From the NCBI GenBank assembly GCA_965649825.1, contig OZ287699.1, positions 310,001 through 374,000 of the forward strand: 64,000 nucleotides of DNA, in the 5' to 3' direction. Origin of the DNA: Penicillus capitatus (lineage: Eukaryota > Plantae > Chlorophyta). The notes beneath the pieces are model-generated. The model saw nothing but the letters and a program-made list of their open reading frames with translations. It was not told the DNA's origin and made no database searches. Below, in pieces: positions 1 to 12,858 of the stretch; the stretch's first letter is position 1, and each line of letters opens with the position of its first letter. Made by a program: the position numbers and the translations under genes.

Positions 1-985
1 ACCTTGGAGAGCAAAGAAACGTCGTCTCGATGTTGGATGGACGGAGATGGTCTGCCTCCATATATTTAATGGCGAAATCAACGCCAATGGTGGGCTTAGG
101 TATGGCATGAAACCCAGTGCTCGTGAACACACGTGTGAGATTAGATTTCCCGACTCCGGCATCTCCCACAATGATAAGTTTGAATAGGTGATCGTAACTG
201 CAGGGAAACAAAGACATGGATATTGGAGAGGGCATGAGCTTCGGAGAACGCTGCGAGACAGAGAGCATGAAGAGAAAGGAGAGGCATGGGTCGCGTGGTG
301 GACCGTTTCGCGTTCGCTCTCGGTCAGAAGACGTCAAGCGAAGGGCGGCGCCGGCGCGTCACGTACTCTTCTTCAGGTTCGACTCTCATGTCGTCTGAGA
401 ATGAATAGGAAGCTCCTGAAATGGACCTTCAGCGACAAAACAACAGCACCCTGCCACGGCGACGGTTAAAGCTGTTGGGCGTTTTGTGCGGTAGCAGATG
501 ATTTGATCCGTTTGATCCCATTTCGACTTATACGCGCGTGCTGGTCGTTCATCGACACTCGCGTATATCTACGGACGGGAGTGCGTTTACAAGAATAAGA
601 CACGTTTTCATCGGAGCATTTCAAGCTCTGCTCTGCAACTGCAACGACGAATCTGTCATCTTCCAGAGCTGCTATTGGTACGATGTGTCTCTCCCGCGTA
701 CGGGCCCATGCAGTGGCGCCTTGGCGAGAACGTATTGCCCCGGCGGTCACTGCAGGCCGCGCGTCGCCGGTTGCGTTTTGGCGAAAGCGCGAGTTACGCT
801 GTGCATTGCGTTTTGCCTCTTCGCTTTGGCGTTCGGAGACAAAACCGTGTCAGCAAAACGCCTCGTGAATCATTGGCTGTGGGCATGGTCTTACCGTCCG
901 TTGTGTTTTGCACGACGCATCGCTGAGGCCAATTCTGACGCGGACGGAATCGACAAGTGTTGTCTGTCTCTAGACGTGCGCCAAC

Positions 986-2822
986 ATGAAAGGCACAGCG
1001 AACCGCACAACGCGGCTCAAGAAGAAGGAGGGAGAAGAGACAACGGACAATAAAAGCAAGACGTCCATTTCTTTGATGCATCTGATTTTGCTGTGTGTTT
1101 GGACAGCCACAAAACCAAAGACATCCGCCACAAGGTACCCGAGTGCTCCCATACCATCCGCCAATCCTCCGGAATTCGATGCCCAGGTCAACATTGGGAC
1201 GCAGCAAGACGGATGTGGGCACAAAAAAGGGGAAGCCATCGAAAGTGGCTGGGGTTTCGAGCACAGATTACGAGAATTTACCGTCATACATGCGGCCAAC
1301 GCAATCCAGCATACGAAACAAGACCACTGGCAGTTTGTAAGTCGTCTTCGATCAGCAGAGCCACGTGTGATGCGTTTGGGGGATGGTCGGATGTAGAGAG
1401 GCTGATGACAAAGAGAAGGGAAAGAGAAAAACGACGACAAAGATCCCTACAAAGCCGGTGGCTTCTAAGGCGAAACCGGCAAAGAGTCATTTGTCCACGA
1501 CGACAACAACAACGACACGTCACAAGAAACCAAAAGAGGCGCCAAAATCGCCGGAGGTTGATAGAAGCCCAGCGCCTTCTGTCGGAACACCGACGCCGAA
1601 GGAAATCAGTACAGACAAAGGTACGGGGGATAGAAACGTGCGTATCTCGTCCTGACCCGTGGGACATGGTGTGTTCAGGTCCGGATGCTTCGGCGGCTGT
1701 CGGTCTGGCCCCAGCGACGCCACAGACGCCTGGTCAAGATCCAGTGCCACACATTTCAGACAACGATAGCACAGGTGGTCTGATGGAGACTGTTGATGAA
1801 AACCCTAATGATACGTGCAACGTGAAGCAATGGATGTTGTTTTCAGAGGCAACACGGGACACACAAGACTTATCATCGCATCTAAGATCGGACGGAGATG
1901 AAGGAACAGTCGAAATCCACGACGATGAGCAAGTGCGTCGGAGGGCCGGATCGTATCGAGCACGATCGCACCTGTGTTCTTCCAGGGCGACGAGTTTGGT
2001 GAACCTGAAGAGAGTGGGTCCACTGATGCGGAACCCGGGCAATTGATGACAAAGAATGTGGATGCTGCCGTTGCCGAGAAGCTGGTGACAACGGAAACGG
2101 CAGTGGTCGGGGATGACAGTGATGAAGAAGACAGTCGACAGAACAACGTGGAACCACCCGTCGGGGACGAAGGAGCGACGGTCGTATCTTCAAGAGACGC
2201 TCCGAATGCGGAAACGACGACAACGGAATCACGAACGGAGGAGACGACGGAGCATGCGGAAACGGCAGTGAGTGTTCCGCCTGTCAACGATGCTGAACCA
2301 GCAGGAATGGAAACGACTGCGACCGCTGCAGCCAATCAACAAGAAGAGACGACGACGCCTCCGCCTGTCACTCAAGAAACTCTTTCTGAACAGCAGCCAT
2401 CTGCCGAACCCAAAGTGGAAACGACCAATCCAGTCAGTCCGCAGGAATCTGTCACGGCAGAAGCATCGACTGGAGCCACATCCAGCGAACCGCCAAAGGA
2501 GGACGAGGCCAAAACGACAGATCAAGCGTCAGACGAAACGCCGGCGAAGGAGATGACGACGGAAGAGGAAGCGAAACCGGAGGCTTCTGAACAAACAGCA
2601 TCGACGGAACCCGTCACCAATAACCAAGATGAAACAGCTGTCGCTGAGAAAGAGGAAAGCGCCGCAGCTAAGACACAGGTGCGCATTGCCGAATGGTGGC
2701 GCGATGTCGAAAGGCTCTCTGTGTAGGAGGACAATGTTCCCGAGGCGCCCGTCGCATCGACTTCAGAAGGCGCCGCCGATGTCGCCGAAAGCAAAGAGTC
2801 CGATCCCGCACCCGAAGCTTAA
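986..2822 (+). CDS. Multi-exon low-complexity protein: basic K/T/P-rich N-terminus, acidic E/T-rich C-terminus; possibly microtubule-associated
   Basis: Frames of ORFs 986, 1095, 1383, 1093 and 1974 link across short GT-AG gaps (e.g. donors at 1621 and 2679). Last exon EDNVPEAPVAS...PAPEA ends TAA 2820-2822. Contains LPSYMRPTQSS. The 5' exon structure is approximate. Confidence 0.5.
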
Positions 2823-3694
2823 AAATGAATGAGCTCTTGATGCTTGCGGAATTGACATGCGATTTCGAGTTTTCCAAACGACTCTGCGTTTTTGGCTATC
2901 TTATGACTGCGGAACAAAGCTTCTGTCGGGCAGCCTGAAGTCGATTCTTTTTCAGTCAGATGCGGTTTTCGACGTTACGAATGACGGAATCCCTATCTCA
3001 CTCAACCTTTGTCTGTTGTTGGCCTTCATGACTTAATCCCAAGCTCTATCCTGTACTGTACAATGCGCTAAGATGATAATCAATCACATAAACTTCTTCG
3101 CAATAAGAGGGCCTTCTATTTTTGGAACACCTCTGCCGTCATAGAAGAGTATACCCCCCCCAACCACATTGCTATTCGAACCCGATCTCGGGAGTGTCTC
3201 TTGGTATGAAACCGCTGTCAATTATCTGTGTGGGTTCAAAGAGTCTTCTTGATCCTATTGATCACTGTCGAAGATCTATTGGTTATTCAATCGTACTTCA
3301 TTGGATGGAGCCTCTTTTGATCACAAGCAGGTCGAGGCACCCCTTCGCAATTTCCTTGCCTAAGGTTCTCGTCTCTTTCTCCGTATTCTCTGCGTTGTCT
3401 TCACCGGTCGGTCACACCAAAGAGTGCGTCGCGTGCAAAGCTCGTTGTTCTGGTTTTCGGAACAGAACTTCGCAACGTGCCCAACTAGTCTGAAATCTGT
3501 TCCTTTGTATTTAATGAAGAAGTTGGACAATTGACAGATGCTACCGCAGTTCCATGACATCGATGTTATAGACCATGGCATTTTCAGCAACCGTCGGAAG
3601 AGCGCATCAAACGGCGTCGATGCATCCATCCATCTCTCTGAACCCATCGTCTTCAGAACTCAACCGTGCTCTGCACAGTGTTGTCGTCCTCACG

Positions 3695-4582
3695 ATGTCA
3701 AGACACTTGCAAACGGCAAACGGCGAAGTCTCCTTCTCCACAACGTTCTTTCTCTTTGCACTGACGCTCTCTTCGCTATCCACCGTCAATGCCGAGTGGT
3801 TACGTGGCTGGGTGAGTGACCGGCAGAAATCCCTTGGCCTCAAGCAAGTGATGCCTTCAGGGCTTCAGACAGCTGAAAGAAGTCGAGCCGGAGCGGCAGA
3901 ATACGTCTTCTCTGAGTCTCTCCTGTACGTGGTCGGATGTCGATGGCTGCTATCTGGATTACTTCGACCATCTACCGCCTACAGAAATACGTGATTACTA
4001 CAGAATTGATGAAGTTCGCCGCCACCTGGTCACACCTTTGCTGACGGAGATGGTGCAGAACTGTCGACAGGTTACAGATGAACTGCTGTGTCGTAACAAC
4101 ACTGAATGTGCATGGACAAGTCTCATCGGCAGTTCTCTTTTCGGCTGCTATGCCAATATCGATGACGCTGCGGTGAAGAAATGCCGAAACACCAAGCGAC
4201 GCAACGCCGCACGTAGGGTCCCCCATTCAGCACAGCTCTCTTTCGATGCGGGCGCTTCTGACAGAAGGAACACTCTGTCTGTTGTGGAAATACATGGACG
4301 CCTGCAATAAAACGAATCCACCAACGGCTGAGGCGTGCGAGACGCAAAGACGAAGCAATCTCGCGTGCGTATGGGACAGTAAGAACCCCAAGGCAATGAC
4401 GGTGTGGACGGATGGAGTTGGGATCTGCTTTAGGCAACGCCTGCTTTCTGAATCGAACGGAGTTGGTGCGGATGGAGTTTCCAGGTCGGGTCGCGGATGC
4501 AGATCACGTTCTCGATATGCAAGATCGATGTGATACAGCACCGTCGCGCGAGATGTGCGAGCAATACCGCGATCAAAACTGA
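3695..4582 (+). CDS. Putative secreted Cys-rich protein with repeated C-x-W...C units
   Basis: Hydrophobic N-terminus (FSTTFFLFALTLSSLSTVNA), donor GTGAGT at 3812. Later exons read CTWSDVDGC, CAWTSLIGSSLFGC and, after removing intron 4379-4433, CVWDSNAC. Ends RCDTAPSREMCEQYRDQN-TGA. Confidence 0.5.
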
Positions 4583-4841
4583 TCTCCTGAGACAGGCATA
4601 GATTCAGTTAGGCTGCCTTTACACTCCAGATGATACAAGACGGAGATATTGACATATGCGTGGCAGCATAGATGAGTGATCGGCCTGGCGGAATGAACTT
4701 CAACTTCAACTGTAAAGCAGCGTGGAACGTAGCGACGTCTGCGGGAGTCGAGTGGATGGGGCCTCCTCGACGTCACATCATCTGTCACATCGAATGTGTT
4801 GTTGTAAACTTTCGTTGCGTGTGCATCGACGCGTTCTCTCG

Positions 4842-7049
4842 ATGTCATTTTCCTCCAGAAGTCCTTTAGCCTCATCGCTCGGGAGCAGCCTTCTCTCTGG
4901 CGAGATTACGGAGAGTCCAGATGCCGGACCGAGTGAGCTGCGGTCGACCCGACCGGCCGCCTCTTCCGTGAACCTTGACGGATTCGATTGGTTTCTGACG
5001 GTGATGTTGGTGACCGTCGATGCCTTACTCGTCGAACTGCATCGAACGAGCAACACGAAATGGTCGACACTGTTGACATGGGCAACGAATCCGGATTTTG
5101 ACGGAGGTTGGTCCGGAAAGCTGTGTGAGACGCTGTTCTTATTGGCGGTCGCTATCGTCAACGTTATGATTCTCGTCCCGGTCGTGAATATCAACCTTCG
5201 TGCCCCTTCGATAAAATCCTGGCGCTATTGGCTGCTGTCGTCATGGGCCTCTCTCGTTCTGCTGAATGTCATGACAGGGATGCAGCTTGCGGATTCTATT
5301 ATGAAAGCGCAGGACGACGAAGACGTTAAGTACTGGATCTCACACTTTTTCCTCGTCGGCATGATCGTTATCACGACCCTCATGTTGGATTTCCGTTTCG
5401 TGATGCTCTATGGCTTCTGCTCGTGTCTCACGTGCTGCGAAGATGCGACGATTAAGTATTGGGGTGGACTGAGAGCCATTGGTGGGATTCGGGGTAAAGT
5501 GGATCGCGTTCATCTGCGGGATATTCTGAACATTCGGCGCATTGCCGATCGAGCGATGCATACACGAGAGCGTCCCGATTGGAGAAAGAGTCACAGAACG
5601 ACGTTCAAATTTGCAAAGACGGCGCAGCAAGGCGTCCAACGATTTCTCCGGAGACGCCGTCTGCAGAGACTCCGACATCTCATCTCGCGCCGCACCACGG
5701 AGCAGATCACAGATTTACCGTCGGAAGATGTGGCCCACTACCTGAACGAAGTCCTGCAGTCGAATGCCAACTTTGTCTTCAACATCACGCGACAGAAGTT
5801 CCTTTCGTGCTGGGATGCCATTTCCGAAGAGCCCGGATTCTTCGAGTACTCTGCATGGATGAAGGCCGCCGTGAGCTTCACCATTCTGATTGTGACATAC
5901 AACTGCATCAAGGCGATCGAAATCGTCTTCAGATTTCACTCAACGTGGGATGTGGGACACAACGTGGCCATAGATTTGCAGTCTGGACTCAGCAACGTCG
6001 AGCAGATGGCCCGTGAGATGCAGTCGTCGATGGCAGGGATAGGAAGCGCCTCTGGGGAACCCACCACTTACGAAAATCTCACTTCCGAAGTCCAGTCACT
6101 GAACACATCACTGAGCGCCTTTCTCCCGCAGAGCACCGAAGCATCGTCTGACTATCAGCAAGCGGGCGGCATGTTGCATCTCGTCCTCGTTCGGGCATCC
6201 CAGATGATGCAGAGCAGGAACTTCGATGGCGACAAAGTCCTGTCGGCTTTCTTCTATATGGACAGCCTGGTCGGATGGCTAAAGTACGCATGTATTGTGG
6301 GCTATCCCCTGGGAACGCTGGTCGGCTTCATTTCGCTCTACCAAGTCATGAGACAGCATAAAGAAATGAGCATGGGTTTGGCTCGCGAGGAGCAAGTCCG
6401 TTCCAAGACAGTCGTTGGCAAAGTCGGTATCCATCGCATGGGCGTTCGTGATACGCTGATGGGACTGGAGGAGAAGTATCCCATCGGTGGGGCCGTGTAC
6501 TTTATTGGTGTCCTTGCCAGCACCGCCGTCGTTCAGCAGCATATCTTCGGCATCTGCAGTACTTTAATCATTGCTGTGTTTCTCAATATTGCCAAATTTG
6601 ATATCCTGCTTAACTGCGGCGGTTACATCGTTGTTATCTATGTCGCCATCATCGCCTCCAATTTCTTCTGGTCGCATATCATTGGAGATATCCTGTTGAC
6701 GAATAAAGGGTTCAAGATTCGGTATCCTGTGTTATTTTTCATCTTTCTCTTCGTGTTTACAATCATTCACGCCGTTTTGGGATTTTTCTATGCACTGTGG
6801 CGCGCGCTTCTGCTCTTTGTGACTACGGTTTGGGTCGTCAATCGTTTAGACATCAGTCTCTTTCAGACGGGCAAGAGGTTAGACAACGGGCATTACTCCT
6901 TCATGTCCATGCTGGTCCTGACACATGTCATCCGTCTGGAGAACGCAGCACGTGTGAGAGAAGGAGATCCCATCGCTCCACTGCAACACGCATCCCAGTC
7001 GACTGCTGAAGCTTTGCTGTCTCAGAGAACGTTGAATCCCGTTGCATAA
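4842..7049 (+). CDS. STRA6/RBP-receptor-like polytopic membrane protein (~735 aa, apparently intronless)
   Basis: Long uninterrupted ORF with many TM segments. C-terminal stretch LWRALLLFVTTVWVVNRLDISLFQTGKRLDNGHYSFMSML resembles the STRA6 segment [22 protein letters not shown]...DPGYYTYRNFL (recalled from memory). Confidence 0.7.
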   Translation: MSFSSRSPLASSLGSSLLSGEITESPDAGPSELRSTRPAASSVNLDGFDWFLTVMLVTVDALLVELHRTSNTKWSTLLTWATNPDFDGGWSGKLCETLFLLAVAIVNVMILVPVVNINLRAPSIKSWRYWLLSSWASLVLLNVMTGMQLADSIMKAQDDEDVKYWISHFFLVGMIVITTLMLDFRFVMLYGFCSCLTCCEDATIKYWGGLRAIGGIRGKVDRVHLRDILNIRRIADRAMHTRERPDWRKSHRTTFKFAKTAQQGVQRFLRRRRLQRLRHLISRRTTEQITDLPSEDVAHYLNEVLQSNANFVFNITRQKFLSCWDAISEEPGFFEYSAWMKAAVSFTILIVTYNCIKAIEIVFRFHSTWDVGHNVAIDLQSGLSNVEQMAREMQSSMAGIGSASGEPTTYENLTSEVQSLNTSLSAFLPQSTEASSDYQQAGGMLHLVLVRASQMMQSRNFDGDKVLSAFFYMDSLVGWLKYACIVGYPLGTLVGFISLYQVMRQHKEMSMGLAREEQVRSKTVVGKVGIHRMGVRDTLMGLEEKYPIGGAVYFIGVLASTAVVQQHIFGICSTLIIAVFLNIAKFDILLNCGGYIVVIYVAIIASNFFWSHIIGDILLTNKGFKIRYPVLFFIFLFVFTIIHAVLGFFYALWRALLLFVTTVWVVNRLDISLFQTGKRLDNGHYSFMSMLVLTHVIRLENAARVREGDPIAPLQHASQSTAEALLSQRTLNPVA

Positions 7050-7407
7050 AAACTGTTTTGCAAGGGAAGTTAGCTCCGAACTTAGGGAGACGTATGATTC
7101 AAAATTGGCCTCCAAAATGGAAGCCATACCTTGTAGCGACACTTTGACCTATGAACTGTAATAGTTGTCTATGAACAGTCGTACGTCTATTGTGCAGGTC
7201 GTATGCATGCATCGGGTTTCGGAGATGCTCGTCGTGAGGATTTCGCCTCCGCGTCGGAGAAGGACCTCCTGTGGCTCCGGGAGCGTGTCTCTTCGCTCAG
7301 CCGGTATCTTGGTCTACCCGACCAGCGTCGTTTCGGCGTCATTTGGTCCATCCGAAAAAACGATGGAGACGCGTGCGTCGTTGTTCGTGTGTTCATGCGT
7401 TCGTTCT

Positions 7408-7431
7408 TGCGTGCGTGCGTGCGTGCGTGCG
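7408..7431. repeat. (TGCG)6 microsatellite
   Basis: Direct reading of the sequence. Confidence 0.9.
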
Positions 7432-8311
7432 TGTGCTGGGAAACAATCTGCGAAAGTGTAACTCGTCGTCAGTCAGAGGCGCCTTTTTACTCGCCTAAGG
7501 CTCTGCCAAAAAGTCGAACATTCACCGTCGCTGACCACGGAGCAGCACGAGGATGCTCGACCTTCGTGCCGCATCCTTGCGCACACGGACGGTCAAAATT
7601 TCGCAAAGCTGCGTTATAGCAACGCTTTCAACGAGCCTCCCCAAACAGAAGCGAGGCTTTCTGCTGCACGCGATAGTCGCGTTTTACCCTGCGACTTTTC
7701 ACTTTGCATGAAAGCATATGAATGGTTGGGTCGTTCCACCTCGCAACCGACAAGCGTAAAACGAGGCTGAAAAAGAAAACGGGTTGCGCGTGGTTCAGCT
7801 GTGGCTCTTTTCTTCAGCATCCGCGTCCGTGTCGCGATGACGACGCACTTTTCTCAACACGCTCAATACTCTTCGTTTTTGCTCACCCGTTTGACATATG
7901 CCAAACCGTGTGCGTACGGCTATCGAGTTGATCCACAGGAGTCCTCTATTCTGAGCCATTCGCGTTACCCTTTTTGCTATAACAACGAAGCCGTTGTGAA
8001 TTTGCGCTAAGTGAGGTTTTAAATCCGACTGAGCGAACAGTCCTCTGCCATTGTTTTCTGCTTGTCGGTTATCGAAATCCAACGGATTCGGTGATCCGAA
8101 TCCCTAAAATGGGTGGTTAGACCCCGTCACTGTCAGCAACCGTTACTCGTGCAAGGAGAGCCGTTCGAGAAGAAACCGACAGTGCCCGACGACAGTGTCC
8201 GTCATCGCAGAGCTCAAAGATTCGGTAAACCTCGACCACTGGACACCATCCGTCGGAGGTTTATCGGAAACTCGGAAGAAAGACAGCCGGTTACTGCCTG
8301 CCACGGGCGAG

Positions 8312-8318
8312 TATAAAA
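8312..8318 (+). promoter_or_regulatory. Candidate TATA box (TATAAAA) of secreted paralog 1
   Basis: 160 nt upstream of ATG 8472; an equivalent motif lies upstream of paralog 2. Confidence 0.5.
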
Positions 8319-8471
8319 GCCTGAGATTGTCGCTCACTTCAGTCAGTTTCTCAGCTACCACTTTATTCTGAACTGTGTGGAGTTATCTTGTCGTCGACGA
8401 GTCGTAAAAGGTTTTGCCTTTGCAGCGTCGAGCTAGGGTTCAATCGTTGGCCTCTAGGTCTCACTGACAAA

Positions 8472-9464
8472 ATGATGAAGTTAAACGTTGTCCTCGCCCT
8501 TGTGGTGCGTTTCCGTTATCCCCAGCGTTCACTCGATGCAACGGTGCTTCGTGTATAGGCTCTGTTTACCGCACAAGCTCTGTGCTCTGAGAGCCGTGCT
8601 CTGCTGAAAGATGCTTTCGCTGCAACGAAAACGGACTTGAAAGCAAAGGATGCGTACGTTGGCGCAAACGGTCTTGCCGTGTCCAAAGAAGGAAAGGCGA
8701 TTGCCGTCATGAAGGGATTCGCAGTGGTAAGGAAAACGCTGTTCTCTCTATCGACGCTAACCGTTTGGTCTTCATAGGCCGAAGAGAAAGTCTACAACGA
8801 TTTCATCTATTTCTTCAAGGTTGTCTTGGACAAATACTACTTGAAGAAGGTCTGCAAGAAGGATCCTTTCAAGAAAGGGTGCTGCCCATATGCCGCCGCA
8901 TACATCGAGGAAGAACTCAAGCTCAAAGCAGCAGCAATTGCCAAGACGTATTCCGAAGTGACTGTCAAAGTCTATGTCAACGGCAAAGGCCAGGCATGCG
9001 GTGCGGCTGATGCCTACGCAGATGCAAAAGCCGTTGCTTTCTTGAAAGCCTGCGTCAAAGCTGTTGTCGCTGCTAAAGTGGGATACTCCTACGACAAGGC
9101 CTACAGCATCATCATCGGCTACAAGTACTTGGTCGCCAAAGCCTTCTCCAGTGCATGGGCAAAGGCATGCGTTACCGAGGGAGTCGCAGCTACCTATCAA
9201 AAGGCATTCGCTCTCGCAATCGCCAAGGCTTGCGTGAAGATCGTCCTCGATATGGCTGCCTATGAAGGATGCACCTTTGAAGAAACCTACAACGACTCGT
9301 ACGTCAAAGAGAAAGACGCAGAGAAGACGGTTGCCGGCGCCGGTGGTAAAAGTTTCATTGACGGAGATGGTGTTATCGATGCCGGATCCAAGGCAGGCGC
9401 CGGTACCAAAATCTTTGGCGGTTTCAAAGAGAAGCACGAGATCTTCGACAAAGATTTCTACTAA
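8472..9464 (+). CDS. Secreted Ala/Lys/Cys-rich protein, paralog 1 (3 exons)
   Basis: Exons 8472-8504, 8559-8726, 8778-9464 with phase-0 GT-AG introns. Signal peptide MMKLNVVLALVALFTAQALC, then RALLK, a CC motif and an alternating-Ala core. Confidence 0.8.
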
Positions 9465-12400
9465 ACTCCGCGACTATATCTCCTTAATAACAACCTCGTG
9501 GTCCTTTCCTATCGTGCTGAGAACATGCTAACCTGATGTGCCTGAACGGCCTGATTCGTGAAATCCTGATACTAGGGGAAGCATTTTTCAGTTCGCTGTT
9601 ATTTTATTTTTGAGCACTTCCCTTTTGGTGGGGGCAAAGATGGAAGTTATCGTGTCAGGTTTGTCCGATGTGGGACAGAGTTGCGATTTTAAAAACTGCG
9701 TCTGGTAATCTCGACTCCCTCGCGTCGAACGAACGCACAATCTCTATCCAAGCCAGCGGGCCATCCACATTCACTGAACAACGGTATGCATTGAACATCC
9801 GACTGACTGGCCCACGTATGCTTTCGCGGTATTGTTAGCGAACTCTCTTCGCTCTACACCACCAACCCGTCTCAAACGCTCCTTTGACGGTGTATCCTCT
9901 TTTTCGTGTGTGTTCGTGACAGTGGCTTTGCCAGGAAGGTGTATGGTTGGTGTTAGCATTCGTTGGTTTGGATAACGCGTCAAGTACGTTTTGCACGTGC
10001 CGATAGTCTACAGGGTTTTGTATGGGATCTGCGTCGCTCTTGAGTGTTACAGCTTTCGAATGGACGTCGCAAGAAGCGAAGGGTTCGGCAGCAGGATGCC
10101 GCGGCTAATGAAAATTCAGACCGACGGCTTGAGAGGCTGAGAGGAAAGCGAAGTCTGCGCCTATCGCGTCGTTCGATAAAACGCTCGACGGTCGCGTTGA
10201 GGACCTCGGCTTCGATTCGGTGGCCAGTCGAATGCTGCCACGTTCGACGCTTCGGGTCATGAGTCAGGTGACGACGCACACTCGGCAGCGTCGTCGGTCC
10301 GCTCCGTCGCTCTCTTCCAGCCAAAGACGGTCTGTATGGACGGTCCGCGCATAAACCTTCTGTTTTCGCTTGCCGCGTCTCGTTATCGACGGAGCGGTCT
10401 TTGGTCGTGTCTATCCATCTTTTTATAGAGGTAAGTTCTGGTGCGAACGCTGTGAGATATCTTTCTTTGACGACGACCTTTTCTCGCCTAGGGGTCGGTC
10501 CTGTGTTAGAGGGAAGAGATGTGGGTGGCAGATATCAGCTAACCACGACGGTTAGTGTCTATCCTTAGAATCAAACATCCCTGATCATAAAGCTCAGGAC
10601 AGTCAGGTGTTAAAGACATCTGTCTTCGCTCTCTGGATGCATTTCTGTGGTGATGGCGGGGATTGAATACCTCTCAAGCGATAAGAGATTTCGTTCAAAG
10701 CTCTGTTGCACTGAACACTGTGTGGTGGCGGATGGGAGGGGACAGTGGTTGATGGCTCAATCCCGGGATGCCGTTGGCGTTTACTGTTTCTCGTTGAGGA
10801 TACCTCTTCACCGTCTGGGTGGGCGACTTATCTGTCGATTCATCGTCATTGAATGCACATTATCGTTAAATGGGCGTCCGGCAGAGGAAAGAGCAACAGG
10901 AAAAAATTCGACAGACGGACAGCTGCAAAGTCATCGACCGTACGATATATCGAAACCTTCTGCATTGAGCCTTCAGCTCAAGTCACAATGTTTTCGCGAC
11001 AACGTCACTTTACCTGACTTGGAGAGACGACTCGATGACAAACCATGTCCACTGTTGGCAAGATAGACACTGTACATGCCGTAAGCATTGTGTTTAGAAC
11101 ACTGCTTCTTAGCATTTCCATGATCAGGTGAGTGATTCAGACAAGAGCTCGGATGCCGACATGAAAGCAGCAACCAACTTTGCTCCTCGACACGTCACAC
11201 TCTTCACTGAAGCCTCCAGTACTTTAGAGAGAAAGCCGATCCCATAATGGGACGCTAAGAAGCGCATTTTATACAGCGTAGCCGATATATGAACTGGGAT
11301 AGGAATTCCGATGTCTGTGTTGTGCATTGCCGTCAATTCGATGCCCATAGAGTTCAAATCACACATTGCCGTTGATTTGTTGACTCCTGATCTCAGGTCG
11401 CACGTGTAAGACTGAACCGTTTAGGTATTCCTGAGCTGTTGATACGAGAAAGAACATGCGTGCGACTGATCGGGTGACGCAGAGTTCTCTGTGCGACGAC
11501 CAGAACAGTCATCTATTCACTTAAGATGTGTAAACGGTAGCCCTTCGAGTCCTATGCACTTGGCCACACCACCAGAAACTCTGAATTCGTTTGTTATACG
11601 AGTTTTATTGATATGAAGAGCATTTCGCCTAGGCAAGTGTGACTGACGACTTTCATTTACGACATATTGGAACGAGGCGTCGTTGAATTGCCCTTAGACT
11701 TTACGGCGGACGTCACTGAGCAGAACGCGAAATGCACCTCCCAGACAACTCCCCGGAAGCGGAGAATTGTCATTTGAAAAATCGAGGGACAGCAAGCAAG
11801 ACAGCTGAACAAGGAGTAACCGAAATCTCGCACCATGGCATACCGCGAACGACCCTATCGACTTCTATCGACTCAATACTGTACTGAGGATTAACGTGCG
11901 CTCTGAGAGCCTCTTCTTCAAGGCCCCCTCTCTCTTTTCGAAGCCATTGTTTGAGAATTTGTCAGGGAAGGTGCCTCGCTGTTGTTATGTATTCGTTTTT
12001 CAGTTTATCTAGATTATTAGATTATCATTTCGTTCTTATCATTCTTCCATACGCTACGGTTGATGGTCGGACGTCTTGCGCTTGTGTAGAATTCCGAAGC
12101 TGAACGGTTTCTCGTGTCGCGTTTGTGTTCTCCCGACAGCAGTCGAACATCGACGCAGCTCAGGAATGACTTGAATCAACGAGGAGCGATCAGACCTGTA
12201 CGCTAAGCAGCACGCAAGGCAGTCAGTCGACAGCGCTCCTGGGAGTAGATCTTTGTTCTCTCATCTGCGTGTCTTTCAGACGACAGCGCCGTCTTCACAG
12301 AATGGCTCTTTTCTCTGAAGAATGCATCTTCTGCCTAGTGACACTGACGTCTACGGAGGGTCTTCTGTTCTTTAAGACGCTCGCGGTTCGTTTGTTCATG

Positions 12401-12680
12401 AGTGGAGCAACAGAGTCAAAAACCAAACCACTGTCTAGGAAGTGTTTCGATCCGACGAAGGGATCGCGCATAGGCCAACCGAACGCTTGAGCTGTTTGAA
12501 ACGCAAACCGCCGTCGTCTGGAATCTGAGGACAACCAGTCGATCCTGTTGTCTCGTTGCTGGTTTTCTATCTTCTACCTAGGCAACTGAGCTCGCCCACT
12601 TTGCACCTGTCGTTTGAAACGGTTATTCCGAACTGTCTGGGTATACCGAGGCGTTTTCTAACCGTGTCCGTTCCTCAGGG

Positions 12681-12687
12681 TATAAAA
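12681..12687 (+). promoter_or_regulatory. Candidate TATA box (TATAAAA) of secreted paralog 2
   Basis: 178 nt upstream of ATG 12859. Confidence 0.5.
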
Positions 12688-12858
12688 ACCGATAGAATTC
12701 GTCGTTCTAGTCCTTTCTTTGTCTGTCAGACGATTCCTTTCTCGATCGTCCTGTTCTTGTGATTCGAAGACAACGTCCGCTCTAAAGGTATAGTTTTGCT
12801 TAGATTCTGGCGCCATGCTGCAATTTCCTGTTCGTAGTCGTCACCTCCGCGCGGAAAC

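Noticed and set aside
188-950. Short ORFs at the window start
   Set aside because: No motifs, biased composition or splice support.
4630-4680. In-frame TAG suggesting a TAR=Gln genetic code
   Set aside because: Long ORFs lack internal TAA/TAG and several clear genes end in TAA or TAG; the segment is intergenic or UTR.
11124-11420. Minus-strand open frame (SYTCDLRSG...LASHYGIGFL) vaguely BTB- or LEA2-like
   Set aside because: No convincing motif and I could not build a gene model; it may still be an exon.
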